Assembly: GCA_942493365.1 (NCBI GenBank)
Contig: OW818697.1
Coordinates: forward strand, 418,634-482,633
DNA from: an uncultured Clostridiaceae bacterium
GTDB lineage: Bacteria; Bacillota; Clostridia; Saccharofermentanales; UBA5734
Reading direction: 5' to 3'
Length of the DNA: 64,000 bases
Below, piece after piece: positions 58,690 to 64,000 of this stretch. The notes below the pieces were generated by a model. That model had not been told where the DNA came from, did no database searches, and saw only the letters and a program-made list of their open reading frames with translations. The position numbers were made by a program, and so were the translations under genes. The number at the start of each line of letters is the position of its first letter. Within the stretch, counting starts at the first letter, position 1.

Positions 58690-59907
58690 TTACTTGATTT
58701 TTAATTCAAACGCCCACCGGGCGACCTCGTCCTCGCCAAAGCGCGTCCGGCAGTGTTCGATAAATTCAGCAAAGCCATGCGTCAGCGTCGCCAGTGGCGG
58801 CGCGCTCAGCAGCTCGATCTGCGGCGTCACGCCGCGCCCCAGCATGCGCGCCAGTTGCTCGTCCAGCCCCGGCAAATCCACCGCGTCCAGCGGCAGCCGG
58901 ACGATCACGTCGGCCTCGGCCGCCTGACGAATAACCGCCAACTGCTGACGGACCTGGGCAAAACCGACCGTCGTCAGGTCCGGCCCCGCCTTCTCCAGCG
59001 TCTGGTGCCCGCGCCGCCCCGGATCGCCCGGCATTAGCCCGCCCGGCCCGGCCTGCGCAATATAGCGGTGACGGTACTGCTGCGGCGACAGCAGGTATTT
59101 CTCGCGAAACAACGTGCTGAAGGCCGACAGATTGGGGAAGCCGCTGTTGAAGGCGATCTTGGCGATCGTCTCGTCCGAATGGCACAACGCGTGCATGGCC
59201 GAATCCAGCCGCACCTCGTTCAAATAATCGATGAAATTCTCGCCCAGATGCTTCTTGGCAAAACGCGACAAATACTGCGGCGTCAGGTCAAGATATTTGG
59301 CCACCTCGACCAGCGTCACCGGCTGGCGGAAGTTTTTGTTGATGTACGTTTTGAGCAGGCGCAACCGCTGCGCGTGGCGGCCGTCGCCCTCGTCGTTCGC
59401 GTCAGCCTCAACAGCTGGCTCGCCGTCGCCAATGTCGCGATACGCAACATATTCGCTGCTCTCAACCTCGCTGTAAACCTCTTCCGGCAATTGCGACAAA
59501 TGATCCATCAGTTGATAAACCAGCGCGCCGATCTTGAAGTCGGCATCCTCGCCCATCAAGTCCTGCAAACTGGCGATCTCGGCCAGCAGGCCCTGCAGCA
59601 ACGTGTTTTGCGCCTGACAATCGTTGGCCCGGCAAATCCGCATGGTCAGCCCATTGAGGCGCGACCCGGCCATCTGCTGCTCAAAGCGCACCGACAGCAT
59701 CAGCGGCTCACCCACCGGCAAAAAGCGAATCACCGTCGACGGCTGCAACAGCGCCACATCCCCGACCGTCAACGCCACCTTCTGGCTGAACGACTCCAGC
59801 TCCAACCGCCCGGCCAACACCAGCAGCACTTCAAAACTGATGCCCGACCGCGACAACGGCTTGTTGACACGAAACAGATCAACGTCCGGCAAACCGATCA
59901 CCTCCAA
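58690..59907 (-). CDS. AraC-family regulator (cupin-like N-domain, HTH_AraC), probably 3'-truncated GH39-like sensor fusion
   Basis: The HTH is 'LVEVAKYLDLTPQYLSRFAKK...IAFNSGFPNLSAFSTLFREKY'. The protein ends 'RFGEDEVARWAFELKIK*', where GH39-type domains continue 'W.FE.WNEP'. The start is uncertain: a TTG at 59907 or the TTG at 59892 after GGAGGTG. Confidence 0.7.
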   Translation of the reverse strand: MEVIGLPDVDLFRVNKPLSRSGISFEVLLVLAGRLELESFSQKVALTVGDVALLQPSTVIRFLPVGEPLMLSVRFEQQMAGSRLNGLTMRICRANDCQAQNTLLQGLLAEIASLQDLMGEDADFKIGALVYQLMDHLSQLPEEVYSEVESSEYVAYRDIGDGEPAVEADANDEGDGRHAQRLRLLKTYINKNFRQPVTLVEVAKYLDLTPQYLSRFAKKHLGENFIDYLNEVRLDSAMHALCHSDETIAKIAFNSGFPNLSAFSTLFREKYLLSPQQYRHRYIAQAGPGGLMPGDPGRRGHQTLEKAGPDLTTVGFAQVRQQLAVIRQAAEADVIVRLPLDAVDLPGLDEQLARMLGRGVTPQIELLSAPPLATLTHGFAEFIEHCRTRFGEDEVARWAFELKIK

Positions 59908-59923
59908 CTACAAACTACGATCT

Positions 59924-59951
59924 ATTATAGTCGGAAAAGATAATAAATCAA
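59924..59951 (-). promoter_or_regulatory. SigA-like promoter for the AraC gene
   Basis: On the minus strand, TTGATT (59951-59946) is followed by a 16-nt spacer and TATAAT (59929-59924). Confidence 0.4.
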
Positions 59952-60026
59952 ACCGAAGTTTTAGCTTTTGGTGGGGAGGGGAGGAAATCAAGCCATATTC
60001 AATCATCGATTTCTGATCTGCGCATG

Positions 60027-60055
60027 TTGCAAAAATGATACACTGGGTTTATAAT
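60027..60055 (+). promoter_or_regulatory. near-consensus SigA promoter with no downstream ORF
   Basis: TTGCAA (60027-60032) is followed by a 17-nt spacer and TATAAT (60050-60055). Confidence 0.55.
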
Positions 60056-60061
60056 AAACAC

Positions 60062-60148
60062 AGGATATCACGTGAGCGATACCCAAAAGGTTAAAAGGTT
60101 TTTGTCCCAATAACCGTCGAGGTGCTTACTCGGCGGTTATTACTTTCT
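60062..60148 (+). ncRNA. candidate small antisense RNA (promoter to 13-bp hairpin)
   Basis: The predicted transcription start lies about 7 nt after the -10 element. The transcript ends in a 13-bp stem (60109-60121 pairing with 60129-60141) followed by a U-containing tail. It has no ORF and is convergent with, and overlaps, the 3' end of the small minus-strand ORF. Confidence 0.35.
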
Positions 60149-60211
60149 AGACCTATTTAGTACAACGGCACTGACCAAGACGATCAGGTACAGTACGACC
60201 AAATATTCCAT
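60140..60211 (-). CDS. 23-aa hydrophobic peptide, candidate type I toxin or small membrane protein
   Basis: The peptide is 'MEYLVVLYLIVLVSAVVLNRSRK', one TM helix with a basic tail. A GGGGG ribosome-binding site lies 9 nt upstream of the ATG at 60211, and the stop codon abuts the shared hairpin. Confidence 0.35.
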   Translation of the reverse strand: MEYLVVLYLIVLVSAVVLNRSRK

Positions 60212-60363
60212 CAAGCATCACCCCCTTTCGCAAGAAGGTGTACCGCCTTTGTGATATCCTGTGCAAGGATTATTCTATTGGAAAAACAATTGCCTGCCTA
60301 TTCGATAAACCCGAAATTTCAGTGGTTTTTCGACTTTAATTCAACTCTGTTGAGAGCGGTTGA

Positions 60364-62262
60364 TCAATCCTCGGCCAGCACAATCAGGCAATCCTGCTCG
60401 CCGAAAGTGACGATATCGCGCTTGTTGGGATTGGTGATGACCTGCAGTTGCTCCTGTCCATCGGCATCGATCGCGACCGTCTTGTAGCCGATGAATACTT
60501 CGTGCCGTTGCGCCACTGCATGGGCCACGGTGTGGAGATCGACCGGCTGGCCGAGCTGGACGTAGCCCGCGGCCGGCTTGAGGTAAATCTCCGAGCCATC
60601 GGCGTCGAGCAAGTCGGTGAAGATGGGCACCAGCAGCCGGTTCTCCGAGATCTGCGCCAACATCAGGCTGACGATGTTGTTGCTGATGACAAAGTCGCTG
60701 ACATTGGTGCCGTTGGCCAGCTTTTGATTGCGAATGTCCAGCATCTCACTGGTCACGCCAAACTTGAGGTTGTGCTTTTGCGCCAAATCCCGAATGTGCA
60801 GCAGAATCGACAGCGTCTTGGCATCGGCCAGATCGGAGCTCAAGGTGGCGTCGCTGAGGATCAGGATGTGGTTGATACCCTGCGAAACCAGTCGCTCCAG
60901 CGTTTCCCGGCGGCTGATTTTGTCCTCGACCACCTTGACACTGATGTTGGCATATGACTTGATAGCCTGCTTACCCAGCGCCGGTAGATCAACATTGTCG
61001 TTGGCAATGGTTACCGTCGAGCGGGGCGGCATATAAACATTGAGCTCGGTCAAAATGTCCGTCAGCAAAGCGTTAGAGCCCAGGATCAACAGCTGATCGT
61101 CCGCCATGGCCTTGACCGCCGTCTGCCGTGACACCAGCAAATCGCTGCGGATGGCCGGCTTGGCTGCCGGCTTGGAAGCATTATCATCGCTGGCAATCAG
61201 CACCAGCTGATCGCTTGCCGCCAGCACATCAGTTGGCGGCGGATTGAGACTGACCACCCCATCACGCACCAGACCCAGCACCGTCGAACGATCAAATGCC
61301 AGACAAGCCTCGCCAAAAGTCTGGCCGGCCAGCTCGGCAATACGCTCGATGTAAATCTCGTCGCCGGCAAAGTCAAACAGCTCCAGATAAACCGAGGACA
61401 AGCCCGGCTGATAACAAACCTGCGCCATGATCCGCGCGATGGCCTGACTGAAATTCATCACCTCAGCAAAACCCCGCCCGGCGATCTGCGCCACCTGTAA
61501 ATTGTCAGCCTCGTTGATCGCTGCGCAAATGTGAATGCTCTGACTGGCCGGGAAACGCCCGCGAATACTCGCCTGTCCCAAATAATTGGTGACCGCCAGG
61601 ATGACCCGGATGACCGATGTGTCCTCCGAAAAATTGACAATAACCGACTTGCAGGTTTCAATCGAAACCCGCGCCAGATCAAACTCCGACGCGCAATCGC
61701 CGTTGCGAACAATGATCCGGGTGTTTTTGGATTTCGGCACGCGGCGAGCAATCTGCTCCTCCATCACGCCCTTATCTTCCTGCCCCAGGACGACAACGCA
61801 GGCTCCCTTGACATTCGCATTGGCCAACTGCAACTCGGTCAACAACGAAAACACCGCTTCATTGAAGCCCAGGATCACCGTGTGCCCCTGCTCCAAAATT
61901 CGCGAACTGCCCCGGCGCAGCCTGTCCAGCCGATCCGACAAACCCGTGCTCAATATACCGATCAACGTACTGACAATGAACAAGCCCACCAGCGTCACAA
62001 GAGCGACCACCGCGATCAGGCCAACGCTGCCCGACACCCCGGCCAGATTGCCCGGGTCCAGACTGTAGGTAAACGACTTCCAGATGCCCATCAAAACAGA
62101 ATCTTCCGCCCACGCCTTATCAATGACAAAGACCGCAATGCCAGCAACAATGACCACGACAAGCGTAATCACAGCCAGCAATGCAATGAGCGCAACCGTG
62201 CCGCGGGACATGATGGTATCGATCTTATAGCGGAGACGTTCCTTGAATTTTGCTTGCTTCAT
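60364..62262 (-). CDS. CASTOR/POLLUX-related putative ion channel (TM pore region plus tandem RCK/TrkA-like domains)
   Basis: The 632-aa product has N-terminal TM helices with 'WKSFTYSLDPGN'. 'GHTVILGFN' and a second 'LLILGSN' are Rossmann-like RCK starts. Confidence 0.6.
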   Translation of the reverse strand: MKQAKFKERLRYKIDTIMSRGTVALIALLAVITLVVVIVAGIAVFVIDKAWAEDSVLMGIWKSFTYSLDPGNLAGVSGSVGLIAVVALVTLVGLFIVSTLIGILSTGLSDRLDRLRRGSSRILEQGHTVILGFNEAVFSLLTELQLANANVKGACVVVLGQEDKGVMEEQIARRVPKSKNTRIIVRNGDCASEFDLARVSIETCKSVIVNFSEDTSVIRVILAVTNYLGQASIRGRFPASQSIHICAAINEADNLQVAQIAGRGFAEVMNFSQAIARIMAQVCYQPGLSSVYLELFDFAGDEIYIERIAELAGQTFGEACLAFDRSTVLGLVRDGVVSLNPPPTDVLAASDQLVLIASDDNASKPAAKPAIRSDLLVSRQTAVKAMADDQLLILGSNALLTDILTELNVYMPPRSTVTIANDNVDLPALGKQAIKSYANISVKVVEDKISRRETLERLVSQGINHILILSDATLSSDLADAKTLSILLHIRDLAQKHNLKFGVTSEMLDIRNQKLANGTNVSDFVISNNIVSLMLAQISENRLLVPIFTDLLDADGSEIYLKPAAGYVQLGQPVDLHTVAHAVAQRHEVFIGYKTVAIDADGQEQLQVITNPNKRDIVTFGEQDCLIVLAED

Positions 62263-62320
62263 GGGGGACCTCCTGTGATGTGGGTGAGATGGGGTGATGG
62301 ATTATAACTGAAGAAGGAAC

Positions 62321-63133
62321 TTAACTTCTGACTCTCTTATTCAAGAGACTGATATCCTTTGGATCATTAACTACATGCATTTTTCGATGGCAATTCGGAC
62401 AAAGACCAACTGTGTTTTCAATGACATCTGCTCCTTTATTGGCAAGCCATTTTATATGATGAGATTCCAAATAGGGATGACCATCTTTCTTGTTAAACGG
62501 GGCAGCATTCAAACACAACTGACAGATGCCATTTGCCCGACGAATAGCATATTCGGCCACATATGGATTTCTCTCATAATATCTTGATGCGACAAAACGC
62601 TGAGAAGTAGTGGGCCGTGCTTGCTCAGCTCGAATCTGCAGATCCTGATCGGATAATCGCAACGCTGAGCGCTCAAACGACTCAGAAATATTATATTGAT
62701 CAACTTCATTTATAATTGAGGCGGTTAAGGAGATAGTCCTTAAAGGAAACATCCAAACAAGCCGCATCACACCGTCGCCATCGGGCTGATAGTCCTGGTA
62801 AGGCTCACCACAAAGATTCACCAGCCCACGAAACGTATAATGTCCGGCCCGGATAACTTCAAAAAGAAAAACAGAAACGCCGTTAGTCTTTGATTCAGAT
62901 AGCGTCCGATTTGCACCAGTCAATTTTTGATCACCAATTAAACCCATCCCGGTATAGTGAATAATGTCGCCATCCCATCGGTCGTGGTAGACACCCTTGG
63001 TATTTGTAGTAATAATTAGCGAATTTGTTCTGTTTGATTTGCGCATGCCGCCCTGCGGACTACAAGTAAAAATACGCAACAACTCGCGCGAGTCAATGAC
63101 TTGCCCAATCTGCAATCCCGGATCAAAAGGCAT
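62321..63133 (-). CDS. SRA(YDG)-like domain fused to an HNH nuclease, candidate modification-dependent (type IV) restriction endonuclease
   Basis: The N-terminal half has 'GDIIHYTGMGLIGDQKLTGANRTLSESKTNGVSVFLF', the SRA pattern 'Y.G.G..GDQ.L..(G)N..L..S'. The C-terminal half has 'CQLC....PF......PYLE.HHI..L...G.D...N...LCPNCHRK.H' (HNH). Confidence 0.65.
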   Translation of the reverse strand: MPFDPGLQIGQVIDSRELLRIFTCSPQGGMRKSNRTNSLIITTNTKGVYHDRWDGDIIHYTGMGLIGDQKLTGANRTLSESKTNGVSVFLFEVIRAGHYTFRGLVNLCGEPYQDYQPDGDGVMRLVWMFPLRTISLTASIINEVDQYNISESFERSALRLSDQDLQIRAEQARPTTSQRFVASRYYERNPYVAEYAIRRANGICQLCLNAAPFNKKDGHPYLESHHIKWLANKGADVIENTVGLCPNCHRKMHVVNDPKDISLLNKRVRS

Positions 63134-63321
63134 AAAATTACCTCAAATAAAATAAAATGATACATGCCGGAGGCTATTTAGTTAGGGAAATTATAACATA
63201 GTTGTTTTGTTATTGATATTTGAATGAAACGGACAAATAATGTTTTCAACAGAAGAAAAAACGAGAATAAAGTGGAAATTATGAAACATAATTAATAGCT
63301 GAAAATAGCCGAGATAACTGA

Positions 63322-63535
63322 ATACAATCCACAACAAATGCATTCGAATGACTGAATCGTGAAATCCTAAAACGAACACGCGTGGTCGGAACATTCTCGG
63401 ACGGCAAATCAGCCCTGATGCTGGTTTGCGTCCTGCTTCGCTATGTTGAAAGCTGAGCATGGGTCATAAGGCTCATCTGGATATGTGAAATCTGGACATC
63501 TGGGAGGTGGACGCGGAACTGGACGCCGGCTGACG
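63322..63535 (+). mobile_element. IS256-family transposase 3' relic (pseudogene fragment)
   Basis: It translates as 'IQSTTNAFE*LNREILKRTRVVGTFSDGKSALMLVCVLLRYVES*', matching the conserved C-terminal 'TTNA.E.LN.E...R.RVVG.FP...S.L.L' block. There is an in-frame TGA at 63349-63351, further decay downstream, and no N-terminal part. Confidence 0.6.
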
Positions 63536-63673
63536 GCTGGCTACCAAGCGGCAAATGTGCGAAAGATCATTGACGGTACCTTATTATGTGTTGGATTATA
63601 TTTAATAGTGTCATATAATATACATAAATTATAGCTAATAGATTTATTACAAAAAGTGAGGAATAAGGGATAT

Positions 63674-64000
63674 ATGAACAATCAACCGTCTTCCCAGTAT
63701 GAAAATGAATATATTTCACCTGTATTTATTGAACAATTCGAACCTGTTGATCAAGAAAATGAAAAAGAAGAAGATATTTTTGAGATTGATAGAATCAACC
63801 TGTCAAATATGGCAATTATGGGTACAGATTGGACAACTGAAACTATTGTATCTCAGATACAGAAGGGGAATATTCGTCTAGATCCTGAGTTTCAAAGAAG
63901 AGATGCGTGGACAATAAAAACTAAAAGTAGGTTTATTGAATCATTATTTTTAGGCTTGCCAATTCCTCAAATTATTCTTGCTGAACATAAAGAGCAGAAG
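63674..64000 (+). CDS. DUF262 (GmrSD/ParB-like nuclease N-domain) protein, 3' end outside window
   Basis: The frame is open from the ATG at 63674 to the window edge; it is absent from the supplied ORF track because no stop is reached. 'FQRRDAWTIKTKSRFIESLFLGLPIPQIIL' matches the DUF262 N-terminal motif. A GAGGAATAAGGGA ribosome-binding site lies upstream. Confidence 0.65.
   Translation, partial: MNNQPSSQYENEYISPVFIEQFEPVDQENEKEEDIFEIDRINLSNMAIMGTDWTTETIVSQIQKGNIRLDPEFQRRDAWTIKTKSRFIESLFLGLPIPQIILAEHKEQK

Noticed and set aside
63191-63460. An 89-aa minus-strand ORF in the AT-rich islet.
   Set aside because: It overlaps the plus-strand IS256 transposase relic, whose conserved 'TTNA.E.LNREI..RTRVVG' block explains the sequence. 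The minus-strand product has no features.
63699-63881. A 60-aa plus-strand ORF from the supplied track (MKMNIFHLYLL...).
   Set aside because: It is out of frame with the longer open reading frame starting at 63674, which has a ribosome-binding site and the DUF262 motif and runs to the window end. The track ORF is an alternative-frame artefact in AT-rich DNA.

Overview
The window reads as chromosomal DNA from a moderately GC-rich Gram-positive anaerobe. The taxon (Clostridia-like) is my inference from GGAGG-type ribosome-binding sites, SigA-like promoters, an xPxTG sortase signal and Buk/Pta fermentation genes. No rRNA, tRNA or CRISPR array was seen. From left to right the window holds the following.

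- **1-16.3 kb:** a co-directional 16-gene catabolic island. It encodes CoA-transferase A/B, butyrate kinase, a stand-alone ACP, a CocE/NonD hydrolase, an MFS transporter, a 2Fe-2S/4Fe-4S/GltD-like flavoprotein, a NuoF/HydB-like protein, cupin, SDR, 3-hydroxyacyl-CoA dehydrogenase, cyclase, thiolase, a BKACE (DUF849) beta-keto-acid cleavage enzyme, AcpS and Pta. I read it as a beta-hydroxy/beta-keto-acid to acetoacetate to acetyl-phosphate to ATP route for an unknown substrate.
- **16.3-21.3 kb:** an AT-rich GGDEF-EAL sensor, then a translationally coupled marR-hgcA-hgcB unit. The mercury-methylation pair has all signature motifs, and the regulator is cysteine-rich.
- **21.4-29 kb:** housekeeping and accessory genes: zwf, an SRAP peptidase, an MBL-GH3-MBL-beta-PGM unit, nadA and yccF.
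- **29.4-35.9 kb:** a 2158-aa sortase-anchored adhesin with two vWA modules and nine exactly phased 279-bp tandem repeats, followed by a GGDEF protein, a YcxB-like protein and gnd.
- **39.4-46.6 kb:** five paralogous lipoprotein genes of unknown function, four of them in an A-B-A-B tandem duplication, plus a double zinc-ribbon membrane protein.
- **46.7-58.3 kb:** a GntR/YtrA-ABC unit with a perfect 38-bp palindromic operator, a LURP-one/unknown/zinc-ribbon-AIM24 trio, a membrane AraC sensor operon with PepSY and DUF5050-like proteins, and an ABC-2 exporter.
- **58.3-60.3 kb:** mazE with a mazF stub abutting a probably truncated AraC gene, and a candidate type I toxin-antitoxin-like locus. That locus is a 23-codon hydrophobic ORF with a convergent promoter/hairpin-defined small RNA.
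- **60.4-64 kb:** a CASTOR/POLLUX-like channel gene, then an AT-rich defence islet with an SRA-HNH type IV endonuclease, an IS256 transposase relic and a 3'-truncated DUF262 gene.

All functional calls rest on motif recognition by eye, with no database search run. The best candidates for something new are the ACP/BKACE catabolic island, the lipoprotein family, the type I TA-like locus and the regulatory context of hgcAB.
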